DNA of 64,000 bases. It comes from Marsupella aquatica (lineage: Eukaryota > Plantae > Marchantiophyta). Under the pieces are notes generated by a model, which was not told the DNA's origin, searched no databases, and saw only the letters and a list, made by a program, of their open reading frames with translations. Of the stretch, positions 31,250-45,172 are shown piece after piece. The position numbers and the translations under genes are program-made. The stretch spans positions 16,978,357 through 17,042,356 of the forward strand of contig OZ316892.1 of the NCBI GenBank assembly GCA_973895155.1, in the 5' to 3' direction. Every line of letters starts with the position of its first letter. Positions within the stretch are counted from its first letter, which is position 1.

Positions 31250-33205
31250 ATGGTGAGTCCCGTGTGGCATTTCTCTTCTGCGTATCACAGAATCGAACGA
31301 TTTGCATTTATTCCAATGCCGTTGTATTGAAGAGTTTTCTTAGTGTCTTGCTATCATGGTGTATCCCTTGTTATTGTAGATCTTCGCTTTCGTGATCTAC
31401 GGAAACGAGAGCTTGAAGTGATGCTCCTCGTAGTAAAGACTGAAATGTGACATCCTTCTCGGTTTTTTTCTCTTCCGATCGTTATTCTAGGCTTTCGTTA
31501 AGCCTCAGAAGAGCAAGGCCTACTTCAAGAGGTTCCAGGTCAAGTACAAGCGTCGAAGAGGTATGAGATTGTAGTACCCACCTTGCTCCATGTTTGCTTG
31601 TGCCGGTCAGTTCGTTGACGGCTGTGCTTCTGAATGGAACCCTGTTGTCATGGGAAGGAATGCTATTCTTACGACTGGACGTTTTCTTCAGCTGGAAAGA
31701 CCGATTACCGCGCGAGGGTGCGCCTGACCACTCAAGATAAGAATAAGTATAACACCCCAAAGTACAGGTTTGTGGTGAGATTCACGAACAAGGACATTGT
31801 CGCACAGATTACCTATGCGACTCTCGCTGGAGACATTGTCCTGGCCGCAGCCTACTCGCATGAGCTCCCGCGATATGGAGTGAAATTTGGTCTCACCAAC
31901 TATTCTGCAGGTGCGTTCCCTCTCCTTTGATTCTGGCAAACTATGAATTTCTCAAGGAATGTCGCGAGTATGTGTGTTTGTGCCCTAGTTGCTCAATTTT
32001 TTGCTGGACACTGTTATTAGCATTCCTCTCCTATGCTTCTGTCCTCCGTAACCCACAACCGATGCCATTTGAGTTGTTCATAAACAATTTCTTAAGATTT
32101 ACTTATTGCGTTCTCAGCTTACTGCACTGGTCTCCTCCTGGCCCGAAGAATCTTGAAGAATTTCGAACTAGATCAGGAATATGTCGGCAACACCGAGGTA
32201 TTTAAAACCTATTATTTTTGCAAATCAACCTTTATCTTTAAGCTAAGGTCAATCAATTGAACCAGTGGAGTTTCTTTCTTTTCCTTGTGAATCCTCAGTG
32301 TGTGGCTATATCCGATCCCGTTCAGTGGGTCGAATTTGTTCCTAGAGATACTTCATGTGCATTAGGATTCGGCTTGTTTCCGGCAGCCCCCTACAATGTG
32401 GTGATTTACTCCTCTCTGCCCGACAGGCTACCGGAGAGGATTACAACATTGAGGCTGGAGATGAGGCGAGGCCATTTAGGGCTCTCTTGGACGTTGGGTT
32501 GGTCCGAACAACCACTGGCAACCGTGTTTTCGGAGCACTGAAGGGTGCTTTGGACGGTGGTTTGGATATTCCTCACTCCGAGAAGAGGTTTCCAGGGTAT
32601 CAGAAGGAGGAAAAGTCTTTGAATGCCGACATTCACCGGAAGTACATTCTGGGTGGACATGTCGCCGATTACATGAAGGTCAGTGTACCAGAAACCTTTC
32701 TAGTCGTTGCGAATTTTGTTTTAAGTCTGTAAGTTGCAGTTGGGACTAATATTTGACATATCTATCAGTGCTCTCAGGCTATGTTTTACTAAATCCCGTT
32801 CCCCCTACAGATGTTGAGGGACGATGCCCCTGAGAAATATCAAGCCCAGTTCTCAAGCTTCGTCAATGGGGAAGTAGAGCCCGAGGATCTTGAAAAGATT
32901 TACCTGGATGCTCATGCAGCCATCCGTGCTGATCCTTCCGTCAAGCTGACCGAGAAGAAGGCCCCCGCTGAGAAGAGATCGTAAGGAACTTAAAGCATTA
33001 CTTTTTGGATTATTGTATGATACATGGTTTTTTTCCACTCACTGCTTTCATTGCGTCTCTACGTCTTTAGAATTTCGCATCGGATGTAGGCCTGTCCGCT
33101 GATAGCCCTGGTCTGTGCAGCTGGAAGATGAAGAAACTCAGCTACGACGAGCGAAAGGCCAACCTAGTGGCGAGGTTGAATTCTGTCAACGAGGAGGACG
33201 AGTAG
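31250..33205 (+). CDS. RPL5: 60S ribosomal protein L5 (uL18); exons 31250-31252, 31491-31560, 31692-31910, 32118-32197, 32427-32678, 32811-32980, 33121-33205
   Basis: M|[88 protein letters not shown]. All introns are GT-AG with consistent phase. Confidence 0.97.
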
Positions 33206-34594
33206 GGGCGTTATCTAGAGGGGCAGTCGCCAATGTGTGAACCCGCACCGCTTGCTTCTCAAACGTGATTGGGTATATACACATAAAACAAATTTTACTG
33301 TTGACGCCCAAGACTGATGGGACATCCAACGGGAAGGCATGATCTCGTATTCCCTGTCATGCTGGGGCTCCCCATCATTCAACATGTCTTCGTAGGTAGC
33401 GACTGTGTTTCACTGATGTTCTCGTTTGACCCAAGACTTCTCGAAATGAAATGCTGTCTTGAATCCACGGCAAACAAAATCTGGTTCAGTGGCAATAACT
33501 GTGGCAGGGGGGTGTCACTGGGACCAAAGGATATGTATAAACATTAGGGTCCGGGTTGTGGAAATGATGTTTTGAAAGCATGTCCTTAGCTGAGATTATA
33601 TATTGGATCTTGTTCAGTGACCTGAGATGCCGTCCTTGTTCAGTGACCTGAGATGCCGTCCTCTTGCTCATGCTAACTCGTTTTCACGTGTCATAATCCT
33701 CAGACATGATAGTGCGCTAGTAGGTTTTGGAAGTTAATTGTTCTGGCATAGTTGTCCATTGCTGCCATCGGATGCAGATCGACCTTGCTGTGTATGAGAG
33801 CAAAATGTACTGACTAATTAAATATTCGCCCTTTTCATCGTATCTTGTTAAGCAAATGTCGAAGTGTAGAATCTCACGAGCGAGATTTTGAGAGGACCCA
33901 GATAACACTTACCGTTTAAAAGTCGATCAAAGCAGATTTGATCGAGAACCATTCTAAGTAATGGAAGAGCTAAAAGCCCTCCATAACAACTAGAATTGAG
34001 CATTTGCTCGACCATGAATACAGCAACACTCGATACCTAGCAGTACATCTGCACCAACATGTGCTACACTGGACGAGGAAACTCGAGTCGTCCGTGTATT
34101 CCAAAGGCGACTGATGAAATCGAGGTCTGTGGAGTTTACCCATCATTCGTTAGGAGTAGCTTTCCCACTGACTACCAGCAGAACGTGCGATGTGAAATTT
34201 TGGAGTCCAATGTGTATGAGTAAAGATTCATTTGAAAACACTAGATAATTTCATGATTGAATGATGACGTGTGGTCTGGTTAAGGATCCCTCCTTTGCCC
34301 AAGAATCATTGTTTACACTATCAATTCACATAATTCTAGCTTTCATGCACAACGTGACTTCAATCAAAAATCAAACAATGGAACTTATGAGGTGCACCGT
34401 AAAATAAACAATGAATGACACTTATGTGGTTCACTTAAAAATAAACAATGATACTTGGATGTATAGTTCGCTTGGATATATGGCCAAAATAAACACTGAC
34501 ACTTAGCTATATGGTTCACAACCACAAATCAACACTGACACTTAGTTGTATCGTTCACCCGACTATATCCGTGCCTGAGAGAAAATCTTTATCT

Positions 34595-34839
34595 GTGCAC
34601 TATCCGAGTAAATTTAGTGCAGCCATGCACAGTGTCACATGGAACTGGTGTACAACCAAGAATGAAGAATGACAACATGCACTATCCTAGTATATTTAGT
34701 GCAGCCATGCACAGTGTCACATGGAACTGGTGTACAACCAAGAATGAAGAATGACAACATGCACTATCCTAGTATATTTAGTGCAGCCATGCACAGTGTC
34801 ACATGGAACTGGTGTACAACCAAGAATGAAGAATGACAA
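34595..34839. repeat. 82-bp tandem repeat x3
   Basis: GCACTATCC..TTTAGTGCAGCCATGCACAGTGTCACATGG..GAATGACAA recurs at period 82 (34677, 34759). Confidence 0.9.
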
Positions 34840-35039
34840 TGAGATATGTGGTTATCTTTTATTGGGATTAGATATTGGGAATCACTTTCAATGCACGATC
34901 ATATATCTACCATACGGGCAAACTTGCAAGTTCCCTATGACAATCCTGTTCACGGCCGTGAGAAAATCATTGTCAATGCACAATCCCCATATATCTACCA
35001 TAGCCTGCCTGAAAAACTTGCAAGCTGCTCTATGATAAA

Positions 35040-35588
35040 CCCACTCCTGAAATTAAAATATAAATATGATCAAAATGAAGTGCTTAATCACAAAAGTATG
35101 CCCTCTCCACTGAAATAATCTCCTCTCACTCTGAAACTAGTATGCTCTATGACAACCCTCTCATCTTCTCGATATCTCTCACTCCTGAAATTAACACATA
35201 AAATACGAGCACAATGAAGTGCTCTCACAAGGGTATATTCCCTTCCACTAGAATAATCTCCTCTCACTCTGAAACTAATATATAAATATCAGCACAATGA
35301 AGTGAACTCACAAGAGTATACCCCCTCTCCACTAGAATAATCGCTCTCACAAGGGTAGATTCCCTTCCACTAGAATAATCTCCTCTCACTCTGAAACTAA
35401 TATATAAATATCAGCACAATGAAGTGAACTCACAAGAGTATACCCCCTCTCCACTAGAATAATCGCTCTCACAAGGGTAGATTCCCTTCCACTAGAATAA
35501 TCTCCTCTCACTCTGAAACTAATATATAAATATCAGCACAATGAAGTGAACTCACAAGAGTATACCCCCTCTCCACTAGAATAATCTC
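35040..35588. repeat. 122-bp tandem repeat x3 plus degenerate upstream units
   Basis: GCTCTCACAAGGGTA at 35221, 35343 and 35465; related units at 35040-35220. Confidence 0.9.
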
Positions 35589-36488
35589 AGTAACCCTTAT
35601 ATGTGTTTAAGCTGTGCCCAAGTTAACCTAATAAGCGCTAGAGTTAAGTACTAACATAATCTTCTCAATGTAAAAGGCCCACACAATATAGTTGTGGGCT
35701 CCAACTAGAATATAAACATATAAAAGGAAGGCTTAATAGTGTCTCTCATGGCCATAGGTAAGAGTTGGACTTCTGAAACGCAGGTTCCAAGAGCAGATAG
35801 CTTGGATACCATGGAGAAGTTTACAACTAGTAAAGGGTTGACTAGTTTGAACATAAAAGAAGAAATACATGTAGCAGGGAGAGAGACCAGCTATGAGTCT
35901 GCAATAGTGGACCAATGAGATAGGGTCCTGAGTATTAACCTAAACATTCATTTAGTCAATGCTACAAGACAAACACAATTACTACTTATCTTAAATGGAT
36001 CCTTGACAGCCTGCAGCTTAAGTGATTTGGTCAGCCAGATCAAAGAGAGCTAGGGACAGATGAGTTTATCCTGACTGCAACATATAATTGTACCACATTT
36101 CAATGGCCCTACCTCGGGACCACCTTCCAATGGTTTGTGAGGTCTGCAGTCATCTTTAAGGGTTGCTTACCCTAAGACTTAGACAAGTTATTTCAATGTC
36201 CTCGTTGCTAGACAAAAGACTGACTTGGATTGATCGTCTTGAGATTTTTTGTTCCACTACATGACCTGTGTCCCAAGCACTCCTGGGAAATACTCTCATC
36301 CAACCTTCCGCCAAGTCCTGCTTTAGTGTCCTTTGTTACAATGCCTTGAAGTTACCACAAGAGCACTCATTTTACAGCTGCCACTGTAATTAGTCCGTTT
36401 ATTTGAGCATTCCCAATGTCTTTTTGGCCATCCTCTCCTTCTGAACAACTGCATATTCATTCAGGCAGACGAGAGAAGTATCATCACC

Positions 36489-36820
36489 CTATTCATTAAA
36501 AGTGTGTTTTTATTTTGTTCACTTTTAGGCCTCTAAATGTTCACTTTTTGGTCTTTAAATGTACACTTTTTAAACCCAAAAGATACAATATGGTATAATA
36601 CTTGACACTTAAATGATCAATTGTAAATTTGAGGGGGCAAAAATGATCTTGACTAGAAAGAGCCTCATCCTAGTTCGTTTACAAAGGATGAACATGGTGG
36701 TACATCTCATGGCCATCACCTTTATTTCTTGCCCAATTGTACACTTTTTGAAGGCCAAATGTACATTTTTTATTGCCTAAATGTTCATAAATTGAATAAT
36801 AATTCACTTTTAATGAATAG
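36489..36820. mobile_element. MITE-like element with 16-bp perfect TIRs
   Basis: CTATTCATTAAAAGTG (36489-36504) and CACTTTTAATGAATAG (36805-36820); AT-rich interior with TGT(T/A)CACTTTT repeats. Confidence 0.65.
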
Positions 36821-37799
36821 ATTGATTATCAAACATTCACATAATTATATGGTCTCTTGCACATGCTTATGGTGGACCAATACCAACCTTGGATCATTTT
36901 TTATGCACTCTTACCCGCCTAGGAGATCAACTTAAACGGTAGAGAGGTGTCCTCTCCAAAGATGGGAACTACCACTATGTTGACCAGGAAATTGGTCAAC
37001 TACTCGGCCATGTGTTTTTCACATTAGTCATTTTTTTGCAACTTCACTATTATTGAAGCCATATCAGAGTTTGGTTTTCTGGAGGAGCTAGTAGGCAGGC
37101 TGTGGACACATCCCATCATCCACTGTGTATAGCACCTTACAGCATTTCCATGGGTTGCACTATATGCAACCAGATATTCGGGTCAATGGTAAGGCCACTT
37201 GAGTTCATGGTTGTCTTTGGTGGATCTGAGCCCCACTAACTGTTATGAGTGAAGCAAAGTGCTTTGTGTGAGAGGACGCAACAATGGGTTAAGTGAAGAT
37301 CTTGTTTTTGCACTTTAGAATGGATGATCGGTGCCGTTCACGCTATTTGGTGAGACTGGGCATGGGCTTAAAATTCCAGGCTCAGTGGGGACTGAGAAAG
37401 GGATTAATCGAGAACCTCTCACTTGAGCTCTTGTTATAGTTGCTGCTGGCCATACATTCCTGGTGACAGGTGGGGATATTTGATGCTCTTAGGATGACTT
37501 CCCATACACATATTGATGCTCAGAATTACTGGCCCACTGTACTTACAGGATTGAGTACACGATTGACTGTCTACATTGCTAGAAGTAACCATATAGAACA
37601 ATCTTACAATACTAATGGGCAAGCCATCATACTCTTCCAAACACTCTCATGAAATATTATTCTTAGATATGCACATTTAAAGATATTTCACTTCTCTGTC
37701 ACCCTGTTGACACTTATGTCAGATTGACAAGGTAGTTTGGTTAGAACCACAGCGCCATGCCACTCTGGGCTAGAGCTTGTGCACTATGAACTAATTGAG

Positions 37800-37920
37800 T
37801 GGGGCCTGGTGGACTAGCTCAAGTGGCTAGGAAGTGGGACTTGGGACCACCAGGTCTCAAGTAAGTTCAAGCCACACTCTTGCATTGGGTGTGGTGGAAG
37901 GTTGGTGTGTGTGTGTGTCC
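37800..37920 (+). mobile_element. possible decayed tRNA-derived SINE
   Basis: TAGCTCAAGTGG (A-box-like), GTTCAAGCC (B-box-like), followed by a (GT)n tract. Confidence 0.3.
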
Positions 37921-39719
37921 ACGGTGAGTTAGGCCACTGGGCCATGAAAATCTCTTGCGGATGAATTAATTTGGTTCCAACAAAGGAAGAAATAGTGGAG
38001 GTGCTGATCTTTAAAAACTGATCATTAGTTGTGAATCACATTGAAAAGACTGACCATAAGTTGTGAATGTAATAACACTGTCCCTGAAGAAACTAAGTAA
38101 TCTATGTGATCCAAGAAGGCCCAAAAGGAGGATTTATAAGCAGAATGGAGATTGGAACCAAGTGGTCACCTTTAAGTCCAAGTATAGACTGCAATCCCCA
38201 AAGGATTCTAGCCCGTAGCCCCCAAGACAACATGGATTATCAGGAATAAACTTGACTATGCCTTTCTTCTCAATCACCAAATGACTTCTACCCAAGTGTC
38301 ATAACCCCCAAGCTAGACTAGCCAGGGTATGCCCAAAGTCTCATAACTCCAATCCAGCCTGGCCACGGCATACAATTAGATCATGAACAAAATTGCAAAG
38401 AAAGAGAAAGAAACTACAAAGAAAAATAACATGAGAGATTTATGACATAAAAGATCACTTACTCCCCAAGTCCCTAAATTCATTGTAGATTGAGCATCAG
38501 AAATTTAACATCTAGATGAGACTTGTTTCACACTTGCACCACCTCACAAACTCATGCAAACTCCAGCATTTAACTTCTTTCACACAGTAGAGAACGCCAG
38601 AATTGAATGCCACTGAAAAATCATGTGTAAGGTCTCCCATGCAAATGAAAGCTCTGTCTGAGGGCTTTCACTCTGAGAAATCTCCAATTTGGGAGAATGG
38701 CCCGATTGATTGGCTACTAACTGGCTTCTAACCATACGTCATCCAAACTTTCTAGTTTTATATGCTTTAGATCTGATGTGTCCAGCTAGATTTAGTATGT
38801 GATATGCAGAATCATGCCTTGGACAGCCTGTTGAGGGCATTCTTACAATGGCTGAATATGCCCAACATCAAAATGCCAAGCCAGGGAATCAAAAGTGGTT
38901 TGAAAATTGTTTCTAATGTGTCTTATATGTTGGAATATCATTGACAATTGAGGGACCAACAAATTTCCAAAGGCTCAAGAGCTTATTACAAAAGGGATGG
39001 ATGTCTGAGCAGTTGAAAGAGTCGGTCTTGAAAACCGAAGTATTGAGAATACCGGGGGTTTGTTTTTTAGTTTTCTTGACACAATTGACTCATTTTGTGT
39101 AATATGTACCAATATATTTAAGTAAAGAAGGGGGTTTGCAGTCCATCCCAGCAGTGAAAGTCTAGCTGAGAGTTTTGGCAAACTTGGAAGTCCATTGCGG
39201 ATTCAATTGTTTCATTTTTTAACTTTAAGAGCAATCTCAAACCTGGAAACTTAGTGTTTACAACAAGATGTTTAGAATATTCCTAAAATGTATATGAGGT
39301 CTTTTTGCTGAGGTCTTACAAGGATCCTTAAATTTTTTGTCAGTTAAATCTATATTTATAATGATATTTATATATTGCACTAACCAGAATGGCACTATGT
39401 AGGCCTGGTTCTCCATTACAGCCTGTGTTGTGCCTTTCAGCACTCCTGATTTTCAGATTTGTTGTCAAAGTACCATTATATATAGAAAAAAATGATGTTG
39501 GAGATGTTGAAAGTAGAAGTTAGCTCTTTCAATTCTTCATGATAACTATTGCAATTAGATTGGTTGGAAATAGCTTCTAAGCAACCCAAAATAGATGATT
39601 CATTTGGATATAGAGTAAGATACTGAAAGTCAAATTACTTACTGTGGAAACACTTTGGTTGAAAACCAAAAAGGTGATGCCTGATTGAAAACTAAAAGGG
39701 CTCACTTGGTGAAGCTTAC

Positions 39720-39970
39720 AAAAGGTGTCAAGCCATGAGTGTTGCATGGTTGATGGGAGCATCATTTTCAATATTTTATTTAGGCACTCAGCTATACCTG
39801 GAAAACAATTCATCTAATCAATCCAGTTCTGTAAAAGGTGTCAAGCCATGAGTGTTGCATGGTTGATGGGAGCATCATTTTCAATATTCAGGCACTCAGC
39901 TATACCTCAAAAACAATTTATCTAATCAATCCAGTTCTGTAAAAGGTGTCAAGCCATGAGTCTTGTATGG
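39720..39970. repeat. ~110-bp imperfect tandem repeat (about 2.3 copies)
   Basis: AAAAGGTGTCAAGCCATGAGT at about 39720, 39833 and 39941. Confidence 0.8.
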
Positions 39971-40270
39971 TTCATGGAATTTGAAGGCCCCATGGACCAC
40001 AAGGTTGGTTTGGAAACCCCCATGGACCACATTTCCCAAAAGATGAGTTTTATTGTAATAACTTGATACTCATAAATTCAGTTATTATCTAGTTTTGGGG
40101 ATATGCTAGAGGCATAGGTAAAGCTACACTTCTATCAAAGTGAACAGAAAGTTTTGGCCATCATAAAATATAAAATGACGAGAAGTAACTTCCATCAGAT
40201 TAATTTTCATTGTGTCAACATGACATATTTGGGCTTGTTTTCTTCCATGTCTCCAGGCTCTAGTTGCCTT

Positions 40271-40406
40271 GCAGGTGCAGAACTAGAACTATCTAATAGT
40301 TGAAGACTCATCATCATCAAGTTATGGGCCCCAAACTCGCAGGTGCAGAACTAGAACTATCTAATAGTTGAAGACTCATCATCATCAAGTTATGGGCCCC
40401 AAACTC
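40271..40406. repeat. 68-bp perfect tandem duplication
   Basis: GCAGGTGCAGAACTAG...GGCCCCAAACTC occurs twice. Confidence 0.9.
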
Positions 40407-40500
40407 CAACGGACCACCACCAAAATGTGGTACACATGAGCACTCTCTCCAATACGGTGGTCCATCCTGGCTTCATTTCCAAAAGGGTTCATGGGATTAA

Positions 40501-40856
40501 GGACGAAAGGCAATCTCGAGGGCAATCAATGCGGATTAGCATTGATTACCCCATAAGTGCTGCCCGCTGCCCGCATGTGCTGTATCTGATTTCAGTTTAA
40601 ACACCTGGCGCGAATGTACCTCATCATGAATTGAGGAAGGGCTCAATGGTAGCCCAGATCAGTTGGGGAGTTGGAGGTCCCGGGTTCAAACCCTGCTGTA
40701 CGGTAAGAATGCTTTTTAGCATTCACCCCACCCAAAAAGTGGGGATCATTCATGCTAGTAAAATTCGAAAAAAATGTGAGCGGGGCGGGCAGTAGGCGCG
40801 GGCAGGTGTACCCGAGGCTCTTATTGTCTTATGAGCCTCGAGATTGTCTTTCGTGG
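40501..40856. mobile_element. MITE-like element with 19-bp TIRs and an internal tRNA-like module
   Basis: ACGAAAGGCAATCTCGAGG (40503-40521) vs CCTCGAGATTGTCTTTCGT (40836-40854), 18/19 match. Flanks are TTAA and TGAA; contains GGTTCAAACCCTGCTGT. Confidence 0.7.
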
Positions 40857-41784
40857 TGAATGTTCATGGGAGCATCATTTGCAACATTCGTACATACATT
40901 GTGCTATATCGGGAAAACTAGTTCTGGACCATTTTTGCAGTTCGATCGAAGCGAACGCATGACAGCTGGAGAAGAGCCGTTCATTCTCATTCGTGGTTCC
41001 AAAGGATTGGAAGGCAACTCCAAGCATTCAGGCATGCGAAAGCAATGGTCGGAGCTGAGCTGAAGTGAAGCTGACATTGGGCATTGGGAATTAGGCAGTA
41101 GCTGTGCATGAGGAGACGCCTGTAATCAAGAACAAACCATCATGCATGACTCTTTTCTTTAGTTAGCGGTCTAGGCCCTAGCTACCAATGGCGCGTGTCC
41201 ATACCATCTCCACTCGGCTCCCCTCGACAAGCCTGGCGCTGCTGAAAATCTGAAACCTAGCAGCGCGTCTGGCTGAAGTCGTTTCTGCCGAAGTCGCACT
41301 CGTGCCGCTCTGGATGATGGACAAGTAGCGGTAGGTGACCAGACTCTAACAGCTAAGATAGCTGTGGTGTTATCTGGGGAGTGGGGAGGGACTTTGCTAC
41401 ATTTCTGTCTTTCTGAGGATTTCTCTATAATTATGATTATGTGTTGCTGTAGCTACTACGTGTTATCAGCGAGACTGTGCCTGCCCGTAGCCGTCAGTCA
41501 ATTGATAGATTTAGCTAGGGTGGAAGTGAAGAAGCGTTGAGCACTTCAGGTTGCCCTGCTCTCACATCGTTGTGGACCCACTTGAATTGTTTCTGATCTT
41601 TGCCTACAGTACAGTGAAGTGGAGAGTAAGTAGCTGGACTGGTTGATTGAATCCTCTCTGAATTGACGCATTGCTCTCTCCTCTCCTCGATCGATCGAAC
41701 TCGACATCGATCGACCTGGCTGCATCGATCACTGCGAGCACCGCGGCGTTCCAGTGCAGTAGTAGATTCAGTTCATAGATACGA

Positions 41785-43200
41785 ATGCCGAATCCGGAAG
41801 AGTTTCGATGGCATTCGGGCCTCGTCGATTGGAAAGATGTGATCTTGAATCCGGTCACGTGCTTGACGGGCACCTTTGCCCCGAGTGTTCTGTTTGGCCG
41901 GAACGTGAACCGAATTACAGATGGTCAAACCTCGTTCGTGAAGTAAGTATGCATACACGTTGGCAGTGAGTTTGATTCCTCCAAATTGTTCGTTCACCTC
42001 TACGGTGGAGCAGTTGGTTCGCTAACATGCATTCATGCTTCGATCAGAAAGATGGACTGATTCTGAGATGCCGTGTAGGCAAGATGAATTGTATTGACCG
42101 CTTCTTGGACCTGAATGGTTCTTGGTTTCCAAATAGGGGATGGTGCTAGCTATTTCCGTTTCTTGCATAATGGATGGAAGGCGGGCTGAAAAACGGCTTT
42201 CAATGTTTGCTGCACAGTAGTGCACTCTGCTCAGTAGTAGACGATTCTTACGTTATGGTCGTCATTCGAGATCTGTAATATTTGCTCGGACAATCAAGCA
42301 AGCAGAATTATTTACGTTAGAAATATATCGATATGGCCAGGGCAAGGTTTGACTGTTTGCTTCTTTTCATGATTGTCCTGAATTTCATGGAAAACTTTGC
42401 TATCCTGCACTTGAGAATGTTGTGCAAGTTGAACCTCTTCGACAATAAATTATTGTATCGTCTGCGATGACGAGTATTGCAGTAGAATTGCTGTGTGTAA
42501 CCTGGATGAACCTGGCAAGGTAAAGTCCGAAATTTTTGGGAAGAAGATGCGAATGACGCACAATTGCGGGTTATACTATGATTAATGGCTAGTCAGTTAA
42601 TGAATGTCAATATTGTGCGCATGCAGAGCGGCTTTGACCCATCTGGCCATGGGAGGGTGTTATTGCTGGTGCTGCTGCCTTCCATACTACGCTGCTCCAT
42701 TCAGAGAGGACCTGCGAAAAAAGAGGAATCTTCCCATGGATCCCTACAGCGATTTGAATACTCATAGGTGGTGCCACCCCTGTGCCATCTGCCAGGTATA
42801 CAACCCATGGACCGTGGAGGCCGTGCTTGATTTTACATATCTGCTGTACAATCCCAGATTCTCTGGGTCTGTTTTGTTGAATTGGAAGGTTGTCGTAATG
42901 TTGGACACACCAACCCACGGCAGCTCGTGCTCCAAAACTTAGTAACTTTTCGTACTACTACGTTAAAATCTTCAATGAAAATTCCGCTCTGCTTGAGTTG
43001 TGTGCCGTACCGTGCTTTTGAAGAGAAGATGACAACGTTCGATTTCTTGATAAATGACAATCTGGTTGCAGGAAGTGCGAGAACTAGATGTTGCATCGGA
43101 ATCAGCTGTAGTCGGTCCAAGCGAGGCGACTGTTGATATAGGTGTCGAGGATACAATGAAGAAGCTAGAAGACCTGCGAAGTCAAGAAATGTTGAGATAA
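41785..43200 (+). CDS. PLAC8-family (PCR/CNR-like) cysteine-rich protein, ~151 aa; exons 41785-41942, 42627-42795, 43072-43200
   Basis: WHSGLVD..CLTGTFAPSVLFGRNV, CYCWCCCLPYY..REDLRKK, WCHPCAICQ|EVREL; GT-AG junctions are in phase. Confidence 0.88.
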
Positions 43201-44957
43201 TTTAGCTCCGCTCCGCTCCAATAGCTGCTGTGACTCGTTTCTTTTTGGGAATTTTGGGGGAAAGGAGCACCTTGGCGCCACTCCGAGAGATAGACACGCT
43301 CTGTAGGATAGTCACAAAAGTGAAGTGATGGGAAGTCTGACCAGCCTGACTGAGAATTGGAGATTTGAAAGTACCATTGATCTGCGACTGACGCTAACCT
43401 CATTAATCGATAGTTGCCAATTCATGTTGATGACTACTGTCAGTAGTGGAAAGTTTACACGTTGCATATACCGAAATCTTTGGCTAGGATAGTTGGTTTG
43501 AGTTTGGTTTGGGTTCCATCGATCTAGATTGAACTTCACTGTTAGCGTGGAAATGTGGAGTAGACCAAGAACCTTGGCTCGGACAGTTGGATTGAGATCC
43601 ATTCATCTAAATTGTAGTTCACTGTTAGCGACATCAGAATGCAATGTAGTCAATGTTCATGTTAGTGGACGAAACAAGGTTGTGATGTCCTCAAAGAGGT
43701 ATAAATGAAGGGAAGATCGAAATCATGTTTCACTTGGATATTTTGTATTTTACTGTCACACAATTTCCATTTCTTTTTCTTGAAATTTAATATAATTCAT
43801 TGTGAATATTCCAGTCTCATTCCATTTCTTTTTCTTGAAATTTAATATAATTCATTGTGAATATTCCACTCTCATCTTCAAGTCCTCAGTGAAAACTTGC
43901 AAAATTGGTAAAAACATGGATCTTCGGTATGAATTAGAATTGATAACGAATCCATATTCCAGAATTCAGATAACCAGGCAGTTCCAAATTACACACCCAC
44001 TGTTTCCACCTCTACCTTGAATAGAGTAAACTTTCGCAAACGACAATTGTAACGAGAAAATGAACATTACCAATTTGAATGAAACAAAACTCACCTCCAT
44101 TCCCAACTAGTAACGTAGTCGAGAAAGTAGTTTTTGAATTGTTTGATTTGCTTAGAAAGCTTTCTTACAAAGCTCAGCGTCATGCCTACATCGATAATCT
44201 TAGCGTCATGTCTTCTTCTCGGCGACCCTTTCATACAAGAGACTTTTGGGGTTACTAAAATTCAGACATCCGGAGGGAGACAGTTCTTTTCTTCTCAGCC
44301 CTACCAAAGAAGAGGGGCCACCATCCTTCATTTCGGCTTGGCTCTCAACAACAGTTTTTTGGATATACTAAAATTCCCTGTATTTTAAACAACTATCTGA
44401 CCACAGAAAAACAACTGCAGGCAAACCTCATAAACAATCCATGACAACGATGGAAAGGTAAGCGGGAAGGTAAGGGGGACAACCGCAGCAAATCGAACCT
44501 GGTACCACTACACGCTTCCATTATTGGAGTGCAGTTGCAAAAAGGCGAGCGGAAAGTTACGATAGTGCACAGGCAAACCCTACGAAAGAGAGAAGCAATA
44601 AGCTGCTGAACAACAGCTTCGTACACAACAACGAACAAATCTCGGAGCATAAATGCTAAAAACTTATCCATATCGTACCAAAATCGACAGGAAGCAGCAC
44701 ACTAGCACCTTGCAGGCAGACAAGCTCAAACAGAATCTTTGCACTACGAGGTTCGTAGCCGTGCTACGAACAACACATAATCTCGTCGACATCCAGATAG
44801 ACAAATCCTCGCTACTTCACTGCCGGTAATGCAGATGGGGGGATCGATCGCCCTCGACACGTAGGACAGGTCATAAGTTGATGTAAAGCACTGGGAAAAA
44901 CCATCGGATAGTCTCATCACCTCTCGACAGACAAGCGACTTCTGTAAACTACATACA

Positions 44958-45037
44958 TTCGATTCCTCAGACACTAAAGAAAGTAGTAATCATGAACATC
45001 ATAATTAGCATGGTAGTTCATCATCACCGGAATCGAA
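44958..45037 (-). ncRNA. box C/D snoRNA (guide CCAUGCUAAU; U6-A53 or snR53-type 18S target)
   Basis: Terminal stem TTCGATTCC/GGAATCGAA, C box GTGATGA, D' ATGA, C' ATGATTA, D CTGA. The guide is complementary to AUUAGCAUGG. Confidence 0.75.
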
Positions 45038-45172
45038 GACGGCACGCATTAGAGAATAAAGCAAACAACAAGATCAAAGGTGTTTACTGGAAAACTACTC
45101 ATCCAACAGGTAAAGGCAGACAACAACCAGTGCAAAGGCACAACCACGAACACAAATCATAACACTTTAATG

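Noticed and set aside
31250-31252. ATG-only first coding exon of RPL5
   Set aside because: A common, conserved arrangement in eukaryotic ribosomal protein genes; not novel.
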